A program made the translations under genes and the position numbers. Below the pieces are notes generated by a model that saw nothing but the letters and a program-made list of their open reading frames with translations, ran no database searches and was not told the origin of the DNA. A stretch of 64,000 nt of DNA from Glaucostegus cemiculus. Taxonomy: Eukaryota. Positions 52,071 to 64,000 of the stretch are shown here, piece after piece (within the stretch, counting starts at the first letter, position 1; every line of letters starts with the position of its first letter). Where the stretch lies: assembly GCA_976551045.1 (NCBI GenBank), contig CDPCPM010000026.1, forward strand, positions 5,518,001-5,582,000, given 5' to 3'.

Positions 52071-53814
52071 ATCCGTGATTGCTCCTCCTGAAGAACCACA
52101 ACTTCAAAGGCTTGAAACACTGTTGGCCTCGTCATATTACAATGAGAAGCATCAAAGTTTTGAGCACAACAGGCAATCATTTGGTGGAGAATACTTGTGC
52201 CAATTCTCTACTAAAACAATTCCAAATTAATTCCACTGCTCTATGCTCTCTCCTAAAGCCTTCAGTTTACACAGCTTCATTGTTACACAAATTTCCCCAA
52301 AATAACATGGTAGTTCCTACCTGAAGCATTGCCTATGGCAAAGCAATCCATAGTCCAGCAACCCTGTGTGGTAAGAACTTTTCATCATCTCTCTCCCGAC
52401 TCTCAGCAACATTTATAAACTAACGATTCTGATTATTGATTTGCACCCAAGAAATTGTCCCCATTTATTTTAGGTCTTCATAAACCTCCGTTAAATCTTC
52501 CGTTATATCAACAGTTTTCCATCCTTGACATCATTCTAATAAATTTACAATGTAGCTATCTGTGGTTTTGATGCCTATTTTACATCTTGGCAAATATGCA
52601 CAATTCCTTTTGCTCTAGGACTTACCAACATTTTGTACGTACTTATCATTACTTCTTCACTCTTATCCATCCCTATTTGTAAAAGGCAATGGTCTGTTGG
52701 CTCTTTCATGCTCTTATCTACTTGAATTACACTTACAGAGGGTGCAGGAATAAGGCAGATTGACTTGGTCGCTGTATGCCCTGCTTTCTCATGATAACAG
52801 TGGTGGTCTTTACTTGGCACTTTCTCCCGATGGTCCCTATTACACCAACAGGGACCATTGGAAGAAACAAGATGAAGTGTCAAAAGAGTTGCACTATACA
52901 AATATTTTAAATCTTATAGCACAGTCTGTGCTGGTTTGGGAAAAGGATTCTATCTGATCATTATTCTTTTCTATAACCAAAGACAAACAATGAGAGAGAT
53001 GCAAAGAGGGATAGATATGGTTAGTGAAATAAAAATTGACAGAGAACTGCATTCACTATGCCCAAATTGGCTATTCTATTTCACACATCACAAGAGTTAA
53101 TGCCTTTCATTGGTTATAAAGGGTTTTAGGATATTCTTAAAGGGACATGGAAGCAGTTATATAAAATAAGCCCTAAGCTAGTTAACAGTCCAAACTGATC
53201 TGTAAGTTTCAATAATGTTTGAGTGATTCAGACTTTGATGGATTCAAATGGAAAGCTCCCTTGGTTTGTTTAAAATCTTTCCATATGATGCACATTGAAG
53301 GAGTTGCACAGGCAGAGACTGCCAAATGTTCAGACGTCAGATTTTTTTTTCTATTTTTCCTTTTTTAAAGCTAAACACATGTTGCTACTGGAGCAATTCT
53401 GAGTCATCTGGAACTGCTAGAAGAAGACAAAAGGGAATATTGTTGATTGCAGGGAAAATCCAATGACAATACCAACAGTAACATTATTATTAAGACTGTC
53501 TAGGAAAAGAGCGAATGATATATTTTAACAACTTCCACAGCAACAATAAAATTCTGTGCTCATTGCTGCAAAACTGTCAATTTCTAGAAATACATTCATG
53601 AGACAAGCAAGCAGAGGATTAAAGTTTGGCTTTCAATCCTCCAGCCACATAAACAAAATCACCACGTCATTTTACTAAGCAGAAACACGCTTATAGATTT
53701 AAGTTTGATTAAATCTAGTCTGGTTATTCTTTGGTGGATGGATGTGCTATTGATGCCAGGCCCTCATTTTAGTGTTAGGTCTGCCACAGAGGCAATGAAG
53801 ATGTTGTTTTAGTA

Positions 53815-54100
53815 ATGAAATAACAACGGAGAATGCTGGAAATACTGAGCAGGTCAGGCAGCATCTAGGGAGAAAAACAGTTAACAATTCAGGTGAGTGA
53901 CCTTTCATCAAAACAGCAAAAAGTTAGCTTTGTTTCTCTCTCCTGAGAGATAAATAGGATCAGAATCTCATTGACCTCAGGACACAAGATCAGCCATAAG
54001 CATTGCCAGTGATTTGAATGCCTTTGAATGTTGTGCCTCAAAATATTTCTACCATTTTCTATTTTGTATTTTTGATTTCCCACATCCACAGATTTTTACT
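53815..54100. repeat. Palindromic Penelope-derived short element with a 97-bp foreign segment in its right arm
   Basis: Left arm aatgctggaaatactgagcaggtcaggcagcatct; right arm broken by 53948-54044, which duplicates 55472-55568. Confidence 0.75.
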
Positions 54101-54639
54101 TCTTGTTTTAATTCAGAGTGAGTTTTGGGTGAAGGAGAGGGTGAGACTTTCATTAAATGCAACCATCAACATTAGTGTTAAGGCCAGGCTACTTTAACTC
54201 TCAAGTCCCACCAGACAGACACCAGGTTTAGATGTATAATTCTCCATGCTCTTACTTCTTTCTGGCACTCAAAACATGCTGCAACCTTGCACTTTAAGAC
54301 ATTTTTTGTCAGGATCTCAAAAGCTGTACAAGCCTTTACTCTCCACCATTCAGTTACTTCCACAAGCTGCAGCTTATTCTGTTCCAAATTTGCCATCATT
54401 TAGTTATTGTCTTCATCAGGGCTTTTAATAAAATGGCCACAGAAAGAAAGGACATTTTGAATGTAGTGTGCTCAGTGCAAACACAGGCTTACATTGGGTA
54501 AGGTTATGACATCAATCTTAGAATTTCTGGGCTGCACTGGGACAAGGCAAAGGATTGAGAGTATGGTGGTTGGTATTGGATGGTGGCAAACTTATTCCTG
54601 TTCCTATTCCTATTTCCTTGGCCATTGCCTGGTGTGTTT

Positions 54640-54960
54640 TAGAATCATGGAATTGTAAAAGCACAGAGGAGGACATTCAACCCATCGAGTCTGCTGTTCC
54701 CTGATAAAGCAGTACCATTGGTGCTTTTTGCTGGCTCTTTCCTCATGCTGCATTAATCTCTCTCAACTGCCTGTCCAATTAAACTTTAAAGGCATCGATT
54801 GATTCTGTTTCCTCAAATGCAAGAAATTCAAAATGTTATTCTCCAAGGGAAAATGTTTTTTTCCCACTCACACCTTTTGTATCTTTTGCCCCATTTTAAA
54901 TCTCTGCTCCCACTCCTTGAACATCAGCTGATGAGAATAGCTTCTCTCCATCTAGATCAA
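54640..54960 (-). mobile_element. CR1-type 3' end fragment (degenerate)
   Basis: tagaatcatggaattgtaaaagcacagaggaggacattcaacccatcgagtctg tail motif. Confidence 0.6.
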
Positions 54961-55604
54961 CTTCCAGTGTTGCATAATTATTATTGGTATTATCATGTTA
55001 CATGTATATGTAGATGTCATAGTTTTTCAAAAAGAAATCATAGACAATTATAATAGTTTTATTTGAACTCATCATCAATAAATTAACAAATGAGTGTTTT
55101 GCTGGCTGGGATGTGGGTTTCAGGTGGATTCAGCAGTGGATCGAGTTGCTGTATCCTTTCACCTATTCTGGAGGCTCACCACTGAAGAACAGCTGAAGGC
55201 AGCTGACTAAAACATTGCCAATGCTCCTGAAATTTTGTCCTGGTTCAGTCTTCCCTCAAAAAGACAGAATAAATAGAAACACTGGGTTGAGGATGAGATA
55301 GTTTTCAGTAACCTAATTTATCTTCAGCTACAATTCAAGGCTACATATGTAGACAGTCGTTTCTAATGAGATTTTTTTTAAATCCTACATGATAAGACTC
55401 ACAGAGAATTGTCACTGTGAACACTTCTCTGAAAAAAAACACTTTCTTCTGCAGCAATTCAGTGCTCAGACAGATAAATAGGATCAGAGTCTCGCTGACC
55501 TCAGGACACAAGATTAGCCATCAACATTGCCAAGGACTTAAATGCCTTTGAAAGTTGCGCCTCAAAATGCTTGTAAAAACCATCCTGGACCTTAGGATTT
55601 GCAC

Positions 55605-56095
55605 AGGCTACTGTGGCACAATGTTTAGCACTGCTGTCCCACAGCACCACAAAGTCATGTTTGATCCCGACCACTGGTGCTGTCTGTGTGGAATTTATGT
55701 GTTCTCCCTGTGACTACAGGAGCTTCCCTGGGAGTCTGGTTTACTCCCACATCCCAAAGATGGTTAATAGGCTTATTAGCCAAATGGCCTACAATGTTGT
55801 AACTTTAAATTATCCCCAGTGCAAGAGAATTGGGGAGAGTTGATGAAGAGGAAAAATAAGGATTAGTGTAGATGGGTGCTCAATAGTTGACATGGATGTG
55901 ATGGACATGTCTTTGGGATATGGGAGAAAACCACACGGTCACAAACTCCTCACAGGCTACATGGGGGTGAGAACTGAACCTGAGTCGCTTCAGCTGAGAG
56001 GCAGTAGGACTACCTGCTGCACCACAATGTTGCCATCACACTGAACATAGAACACTACAGCACAGTACAGACCCTTCAGCCCACAATGTTGTGAA
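55605..56095. mobile_element. Cluster: V-SINE (+, about 55605-55905), partial V-SINE (-, about 55905-56035) and a CR1 tail (-, about 56045-56095)
   Basis: Family cores in opposite orientations (cccacatcccaaaga versus tctttgggatatggg); aacatagaacactacagcacag tail. Confidence 0.7.
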
Positions 56096-56244
56096 ATCAA
56101 AATGAAATCTAGTGTATAGTGTTGCAGGGCATCAAGATATCAGAGACAATATTTATGTTGGATCCTATTTAACAATAAGTCAGTCACAGACAAGCCATTA
56201 TAGACCTTGCTTCAATCTGCCTCATAAAAAGTGGAACTTCTTAC

Positions 56245-56379
56245 CTGAGCTTCTTTCAGGCGCTCAAAGTCAATGCTGAGGTAGGCTTTAATCCCATCCA
56301 TTGCACCTGGCAATGTGATTCCATGGATAAGCAGCACAAACAACACCATATAGGGCATGGTTGCTGTAATCCACACCAC
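56245..56379 (-). CDS. slc6a2: Noradrenaline transporter, internal coding exon (135 nt; TM5 and EL3)
   Basis: tttgcag|GTGGTGTGG...GCTCAG|gtaag. Translates [45 protein letters not shown]; phase 0/0 fits both neighbouring exons. Confidence 0.95.
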
Positions 56380-57859
56380 CTGCAAAGAAAACCGAGGACT
56401 TTATTCCATTTGGATCACTGTTCTTGTAAAACACGATAAACAAAGTCATTACACTTCAAAACGCTCTCTGATTTTGCTGATGTTTCAGATTGCTCTTGAA
56501 AGTGAAATTATTAGAGATACATTTAAACTGTAACAAAACCTAAATCATTGCCCATCTTCTGAGGAAAGCCAGTGTAAAATTTTAAAAATGGAAATTAATA
56601 ATATTTTATCTAGCAGTTGGCAAAATATTTTATCTACCGGTTAGCTCAATAATATGCCTGAGAAAATTATATCCAACGTGATATGAGAGGTTGTTGCATT
56701 GCAAAGCAAAGCAATACAATTATCTACCAACAGAAACCACGGGCTTGATATTCTTGAGAAATATTGTGTGGAAATCCTGGCATTTCCCCCCCTGCCCGCC
56801 CCCCATAATTGTCAGGAATCTATGGATTCCTATGCAACGGTATGTGAACATGCATGCCCCAAAATTTCCTGAGAGGAACTTGCTGCTGAATTCATAACTA
56901 CCCACAAACCAGGATTCAGCATGGAATCAGTGGCAGAGCACCAGGGTCCTGCAATTTGCCAGCAGTTACATGGGGAAGTCTGCCTGCTCAACTCTGCACC
57001 AGGTTAGACAGGGCACACGTTAAACAACTCCATTCATCTCAACAAAATCCTTTGCAGGAATTCATGTCTTTATTTCCTAATGTCTTAATCGATTTTAATT
57101 CATGCCTAAGGGCAAAGCTTATCCAGTTAAAATATCCTGTTAAAATATTTGTGCAAGTGAGTCTAGTTCTGGCCCTGCTGTATGATGTTACTCAAAGGCA
57201 GAAGGGCCTTGCTGACCATATCAGGGTCAGCTTCATTCAACAAGTTGCTGTTAGAAGATCTGCTCCAGGTACTGTAGACCTATTGCAGGGCTATCAATAG
57301 CTTCATATAGAATGGGACTGCACATCTAAAAGGAAAGTCGGTTTTGCTACATGATAATGATACAGGACACTGATTTTCCTGTAAATCGACAGAGAGACTA
57401 TGGAGTCATGTTCATAAATCACTGGGTCAGCCCAGCTCCTTCAAAGGAGTGGCCAGTGACATTACCATGCCATTTTCATTGAAACTGGAAGCTACGGTCC
57501 ACGCTATAGATAAGGCTGCACTGAGGACCTAAGTATGCATCTGAATGTCCCTGATGCCAATCCAGGACTCACTCAGTGTCTTGTTGGGACTCACGCAATG
57601 TTGGGCACAACCAGAGGCCCAAACACTAGACTGGTCCTGTGACCATGTGCCAAGGACATAGTCACCAGCCTGGGCCAGTGCAAGGACCAAGGCATCAGAC
57701 AGGGTGGGATAAGGGATCAGAGACCCAGGGACCAGTTTGGACCTGGGCCTGGGGATCAGGTACACAGGGACTACACTGGGCCTGATCTGATCTTCTGGCC
57801 TTGAGCCAACATTCAGTTCTAGATCAGGGTGCATACTGATAAGCAGAGATCAGATGCTT

Positions 57860-58140
57860 TAACATTGGTGTTGAGTACACAAGTACAGTACTGGTGGATA
57901 CAGGTATGTCCCTGTGTAACACTTATATAGTAGCAGTGAAAGCAAGTCTGTCACAGTAGAACATTGGAGTACCCTACTGGTGGGAACAGGTCTCTTGCTG
58001 GCAATATAATAGTGGGGTGACTTCTTGGTGTGTACAAGTCTCTCATGAAAATATAACACCTGTGTACCTGTTGGTTAGTTGCTGGCAATATAAAACCAGG
58101 CCAGCTTACTGTTAGGCACAAGTCTCTTGCTGGCACTAAT
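57860..58140. repeat. Degenerate minisatellite-like region
   Basis: Recurrent caagtctcttgctggca / gctggcaatataa motifs; the overlapping ORF repeats ILPARDL. Confidence 0.6.
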
Positions 58141-58479
58141 TCAATGTGAAAGAGTTCTTTTAAAGAGGTGGTGTGGACACATTGTGCTTCCCTATCCCCA
58201 CCTCACTCCTAGATTTTATTCTTGTCAGAGAAGGGCACATGTCCGTGAACTTGAGAGACTCCAGGCCAAAGCTGGAGTGGAGAAGTATAGTGGTTATTGA
58301 GGGTGGACAGTGAGGAAATATGCCTGGCTTCCTCATGTAGAGGGGTGGGAAATGCTTGCCCTCCAAGAGGAGGGTGTGAACAGCTCACTTTACAAAGACA
58401 GCTTTTACTTGATTTTTTTTTCTTCTCTGAATGACCTGCAGTATCGCCCTTTGTAGCTTGTATTTGAATATAAAAACAC

Positions 58480-58770
58480 ACTTTGAGAACAGCAGTGGTC
58501 AGGACAGGAACTGGTGACTAGCAGAGCGGATCTTATATTCTCCTTTTCCTTCATCACACTGAATATCATTTCACACCATGTCCGTGGTACAGGAGGCTGA
58601 CTGGCCCACTGAGCATGTGGTGTGCCTGGAGTTTGCTGCTGTACCACGGAGCCTCCTGTGGCTCTGCCCAGAACGTCTCAGCCACAAGAAGCCCCAACCA
58701 CAACATGTGGGTGGAGCTTCCACTACACATTCCTTACCGCTGAGTACCATTTCGGTAACCCTAATCTAGC
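58480..58770 (+). mobile_element. Probable RTE-like LINE C-terminal remnant
   Basis: ORF 58578..58769 W.TEHVVCLEFAAVPRSLLW loosely resembles RTE WAGHVVRMPDxRLPKxLLY. Confidence 0.4.
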
Positions 58771-59624
58771 TGGTGGATGAGTGGCGAGTCTGAGCACATT
58801 GCCACTGCCTAAACCTTCTGGGCCTGTGTGTACATCACGACGTATACAAATGTATTTTAACTTTGCTATTAACATTTCATTCAAGGTATTTTTTTCCCCA
58901 AACACACAGCACTGAAATAAACAGTGTAAGGCAGTTGAATTTATAGGCTATGTTGTTTACTGCACATTAGCAAGTTGATTTACTCTTCACCTTTCCCTCA
59001 GTGGGAAATGATACAAATATGTTGACTGTAAAACATTTCAGACATAGAAAAATGCAAATTCTCTTTCCAGTTTTGAATGTCTTAAAGCAGCCAATGTTAG
59101 CGTTCTGCTTTTGCAAACAATGCGTGAAGTACACATTGTGTCACAAAGTGGACACCAGGGATATCAAATCAGTTTTGGTTAATGAACAATGAATTGAAGT
59201 GTATCTCCTGTATAAACAGGTTCTAACAGAGCTTCTCAATGAAAGCCAACTTAGTTACCATAATAAATATCAGATTACAGAAGACCACCTATGCATGCTG
59301 TTGTTACTTAAAAAAAAATAAAACTTTAAAAAACTGAAATTATGCAGAGCTTTTCAAGAATGGGCCCTATGAGAACATTGTGCTTTTTTGCCTTGTAGTT
59401 TCTCGAAGTCTGTCCTTCACCAGAACCTTTTTCAAGTATCACGTTTCAGGTGTGAACAGGCAATGATTCAGCCACTGAGAGGCACTAGCAAGTTCTACCT
59501 TTTCCTCAACTAATAACCACTCATCTTTACCTCCCTACAGGAGTCTCTGGGTTCAGTTCAAACTGAGGACTGTGCTGATGTTACTACTTCTTATGATTAC
59601 AGTGCTCCCATCACCATTCTGATT

Positions 59625-59826
59625 AAAAACTGAAAATGCTGAAAACACTTAGCAGGTCAGGCAACCCCTGTGGAAAACAAAACCAAGTTAATGTTTCAGC
59701 TTGGAGACCTTTTGCCTTTGAGCTGAAATGCTAACTCGGTTTCTCTTTCCACAGATACTACCCATTTACTGAGTATTTTCAACATTTTGTGTTTTTATTT
59801 TAGTTTTGCACCACCTGCCGTTTTTT
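59625..59826. repeat. Palindromic Penelope-derived short element
   Basis: aaaatgctgaaaacacttagcaggtcaggc...gttaatgtttcagct / agctgaaatgctaac...tgagtattttcaacatttt inverted arms. Confidence 0.8.
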
Positions 59827-60503
59827 GATTAAGTTCAGCTAATGCCACAAAGAATAAATTGTTTGGCAAGATTAATACCATAACAGCTGGTGTATTTACC
59901 CACAACTCTGCAATCCAATATTAATTTTACTTTTTTTTATTTGGCTTAAAAGTACAGAAGCACTGCTAAGTTTGTTCACCCTGCACTACCAACGCCTTTA
60001 AGGTTCAATTATCAACTCAACATTGGTATACAGACATGCCACTGTTGGCTACAATGATGAAAATAATCTTTAATTTCAGCAATTTAAAGTGCTGATAGAG
60101 CAAAAGAATTTGTGATGGGCGTGGGTGGAATTGCAGTGCAGGTTGAGCAGAAGGATGTTGACATAAATTGGGCCAGAATCTAGATTGGTCAGATTAATTT
60201 TGCCTTATAGTTGTACTACTCATTGTTTATCCAGTATCAAACTCACACAAGTAACAAGAAAAGTCTTTCATCAACCACATTATGCATCAATTTATAGAGA
60301 TAATATTTAAATTTTCAGATTTAAACATCTTTCTTCTAAGGAACTAGTGAACCTTTAGTCTTGTTTTGTGTTTCTAAGGAAATGTTTCAGTTTAGCTTGT
60401 TTCTGGATCAACGTCAATGTACTTATTTATTGGACTTTGTCTGAAGAAATGGTGAGTTTTCTCAAATAACATATTATAGATGATGAGAAGTCAAACACTA
60501 TAC

Positions 60504-60642
60504 CTTTCCTGAAGTCTTCACCCCTTTCCAGAGACTGAAGTAGAGAACGATTATCACAACAAGCAAGCAGAGGAAAAGCTGCCATCTCGGCAGCCCCAAG
60601 TTATGAATTCCAGCACTTTCATGGAGATTGAGAACGCCCCGC
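60504..60642 (-). CDS. slc6a2: Noradrenaline transporter, internal coding exon (139 nt; end of EL2 and TM4)
   Basis: Minus strand ttttctag|GCGGGGC...GGAAAG|gtatag. Translates (E)[46 protein letters not shown], close to human [49 protein letters not shown]. Not in the ORF track. Confidence 0.95.
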
Positions 60643-61809
60643 CTAGAAAAATAGAATATCAAAAATTATAAGAAACAATGTAGGTGCAGATTTGCCTTTG
60701 TAATATAACTGCAACATTCAATGGAATTGTATCACCAGATATCCAAAGAGTTGTGGCCAGCCAAGGAGAAAGGAAACAGCACTGAGGGGATGCCAGGCAC
60801 CCTCTACATGGTCACACTGAAGTACCTTCTTCATACCAATACTGGTAGTCACCACTACATGACAACTATGCACATGGAGCTATGACAGGCATGCCTCAAA
60901 GATCCTGATGATGGGGTCAACATGGGAGATAGGGTGACTGAGCAGAGGGGAAGTGGGCTACTGGAAGGCCTCTGGAAGTGGGCTACCCAGAAGTTGACTT
61001 ATTGAGATGAAGCTATTCTGCAATGCCTGAGACCTGAAACGGTGGAATGAGACAGAGCATGAAATACCCTTTGGTCTTCTCGCTGCTCCAGATCATTTGA
61101 GATCTTGCTGAGACCAACTTGAATACTGTTCAATGGAAGGAGCAATGACTTTGGTGGATGGGTGCAGGAAGAATAATCGAAACTCTCTTACTGAAATGAC
61201 TGTTTACATTATGCTAATTTACTCTGGTCGATTTATTTCAATTGTAATCATTTCACTTATCTCAAACCCAGATGCAAAGACTGTGGCAGAAAACAGTAGG
61301 GGACAGGATGGTGCAATGGGATCTGGGTTCACTACACTGTAGGCTGGAAGCCTCACCACTGGACAGTCTTAATCCAATTCCTCATAGCCACAGATCTGCA
61401 ACACAAAATGGACCTAACTACTAAAGTAGTCAGAAACAGCAAAGGATGGGTGACAAGGAAACGGAAATCAATGCCACACTCCAGTTGGTATCAGTATTCT
61501 GAGATTGAAACTAAACATATTACTGGGGTTGTACAGGGGAAACTTTACCCTGCATCAAGCTCTGCTGTACCTCTAACAACACTGCTATATGATGACACTA
61601 GATCATTAAATAAAAGAGATGCAGAGTTGTTTTTACATAGCCCTCTGGCATGTAAATGTCCATAAAATAATCCATCCAGCACTTTTGATTCTATGTGTAG
61701 TATTCTCAATTTCTACATCATTGAACTGTGTCTACTTTGCTACAAAATGAAACCTCCAAACTTTGGAGGATAAAGTGCACAAGATGTTAGGAAACTATAA
61801 GAATAGATT

Positions 61810-62042
61810 TGTTAATGACATAGAAGGAGACATCAGCCCTTGAGTTCATGCCTGCTCTTAGTGCTATCCCATTAATTCCATTCCCCCACTTATTTCCTTA
61901 TAACCTGTTCTCTCTCACCTGCCCATAGACACTCCTCTGATTTTACTAGCCATCATCCAGCACAACTTTGGGATGTGGGAGGAAACTGGAGCAGCCAGAG
62001 AAGACCCACATGGACAGCAGAGGGGGTCAGGATTGAACCTGC
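61810..62042 (-). mobile_element. HE1/V-SINE-like element with internal deletions
   Basis: tttgggatgtgggaggaaactggagca...ggtcaggattgaacct. Confidence 0.7.
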
Positions 62043-63789
62043 ACTTTCCATATTGCATGCTTTCTCAAATTATCAGCACATCTGTGATATCTCGGAAATA
62101 CCAATTAATAAAGTTCAGTTCACATAAATTTCCATTGACAGTTATTAAGTAGGATTTAAAAGTGATTGCATTGAAAAGGTGATTATTTCTAAACTGGAGT
62201 CTGTTTTTAACTTGATCCAGATTTGCTGCTGCAGCTATTCCAGAGTTAAACCTGATCATGCTGGCTTGGAAGTGACCACTGTATTGCCAAGCTGTATCAT
62301 TAGCCTCAAGATGCTAACATTATTTATTGACGTACAAGCTATGGTCATATTATAAATCTTTTATCATTAGACACAAAAGGCATTAATAGTGTGTTACTGG
62401 ACACAGGTCAGACACAAACAACTGACAACTATAACTGAGACCCCAATCCATGAAATTGTTATGTTTTATTTTCACAAGAACATGGCTCTCAAATTAACCA
62501 TAGTAATAACATACTAACCTCTAAAGAGTAAAGTAATTGGAGAGGCAGTACAGCACTGATGCAACGTTTACTGCACTCAGCAGCTTTGGTGTTTGGGACT
62601 CCTGTTGTTAGGGTAAATTACCCATAAAATCTGCGATACAACAGCTGATCCACAAGTTGGTGGCAGTGCTGCAGATGGAGCTGATAAGACCTGCTACTAT
62701 CTGTGCCCATTTCTTGCTGGGTCTTCAGTATTAAATCGCCAGCTCCAACACCAACAGTGGGCCAAAGTCCATCTAACTCTGCAACGTAATATTCAATTCC
62801 TAGCACTGAAAGCCTCGGTGATCGACTAATAAATAATTTATTACAATAACCACCATGCATAGAGCCTACCTACTAGAGTTACCTTTTTGCAAAGTGACAG
62901 CATTCAAAGAATTCATTGATGGTTATTCTTCTTCTGAATGCAGAACCTGATGATATTTTGCACAACAGTGGGAGTGGTTGGGGCAGGGCAAGTTCAGGGG
63001 AATGACACAGCTGAAGCAGTAGAATCACAGGCAAGGTCAGCTTCAACTTCACCCAATCATGGAACCATTGTTCTTGAACAATAGAACAATACTGAACTAA
63101 AGGAAACCCTTGACCCATCATGTCTGTGATAGACAAGGTACTCAGATGCAGACTTGATATGAGAATAAATGCATTTGAAGAGATATATCCTCTCAGGGTG
63201 TTTTATTTTCTTCCCTACTTCCCTTCACCCAGGAAGACAGACACCAACTTTATTTATTTTTGATATCTGTTTAGTCTATATTTAGGGAGAAAAGCACAAG
63301 TTGCTGCTTTGTATGGTTACAGGTTGCATCAAATGGAGGTAACTTCGTGAAACATTGTGTGAGCTCTGCTACTTGCGTATTGTCATTTAAAATAATTATC
63401 ATGAATATTAGTCATGCCTAGAAAGAGTACATAATATCTGAACCTAACTTCAATCCATTTGTTGGAATTGAACACGCAAAGGCCGATCGATATGTTGACA
63501 AGGTCCAATGTGATCCAAGATAGTACGATGTTAAATATGGAATAAAACTACATGATTTTTACCTGCATGACATCAGCCCTAAAGTTAAGCAGAGATTTCC
63601 ACCTGAGTATATCATATTACGTTAAAATTAAAGATACTATATTTGCATGCACATTGCATTTATAACAGAGTAGTAAAAATAATGACACAAACAGAAATTA
63701 AACGGTTTTGATTAATAACAATTACAGAGATCTGGTTAAGTGGTGACCAAAATCAAGAACTAAATATTCCAGGACTCACGACTTTTAAA

Positions 63790-64000
63790 AGGACATACAA
63801 AATACAAGAGGGAGACATTAGGGTGCTAGGCCTGAAAATAAAAGATGATATACAACCGGTTGTGAGGAATGATCTTGGTTTGGAGACCAAGATAAGGAAT
63901 CAACATGTATGGAGATGAAGACCTAATAGTGGCAAAAAGAAATGCTGGTGAGAATAGTTTATGACCTGATGAGCAACTGTACTGTTGAATAAATGAATGG
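63790..64000 (+). mobile_element. CR1 APE endonuclease remnant
   Basis: Reads approximately IKDDIQPVVRNDLGLE..DKES...NSGKK.LV..VY.P, resembling CR1 endonuclease. Confidence 0.55.

Noticed and set aside
8454-59826. Recurring dispersed repeats as a CRISPR array or other prokaryotic defence system
   Set aside because: Copies are kilobases apart, diverged and intronic in a spliced vertebrate gene; there are no cas-like ORFs or regular spacers.
700-60642. Assignment as dopamine transporter slc6a3 or serotonin transporter slc6a4
   Set aside because: Diagnostic stretches in TM6, TM8-9, IL5 and TM11-12 match NET better; the residual ambiguity is reported as a finding.
60780-61400. Possible RTE-like remnant and a 13-bp direct repeat (ggaagtgggctac)
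   Set aside because: Similarity too weak to call by eye.
62618-62860. ORF ending RRFYG next to a gtaat donor-like site, a candidate for the preceding slc6a2 exon (expected to end near TPAAEFYE)
   Set aside because: No TM3/EL2 motifs (YYNVIIAW, LPW..C..WN) upstream; the true exon is probably beyond 64000.

Overview
Eukaryotic (vertebrate) genomic DNA. The repeat content (HE1/V-SINE-like SINEs, CR1, L2, Rex1/Babar, RTE and Penelope fragments) points to a cartilaginous fish, probably a ray or shark; this is inference from recalled repeat families. The whole window lies inside one minus-strand gene, an SLC6 monoamine transporter best matching the noradrenaline transporter slc6a2 (NET). Nine internal coding exons (139, 135, 104, 125, 113, 129, 100, 101 and 168 nt; 1114 nt in total) have GT-AG boundaries and splice in frame, covering about EL2/TM4 to TM12. 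The 5' and 3' exons are outside the window. The introns are filled with decayed retroelements, and most ORFs in the track are repeat-derived or spurious. I found no prokaryotic-type system, CRISPR array or intact RNA gene. The most notable non-obvious signal is a family of short, often palindromic, Penelope-derived elements. They carry degenerate minimal type I hammerhead ribozyme motifs, several have long target-site duplications, and decayed Penelope RT and GIY-YIG fragments lie nearby. Also of note are a Phe-to-Tyr change at the extracellular-gate position equivalent to human NET F317 and several DAT-like residues in a NET backbone. Exon coordinates were read base by base; repeat boundaries are approximate and set by eye. 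Human residue numbering and reference sequences are from memory.
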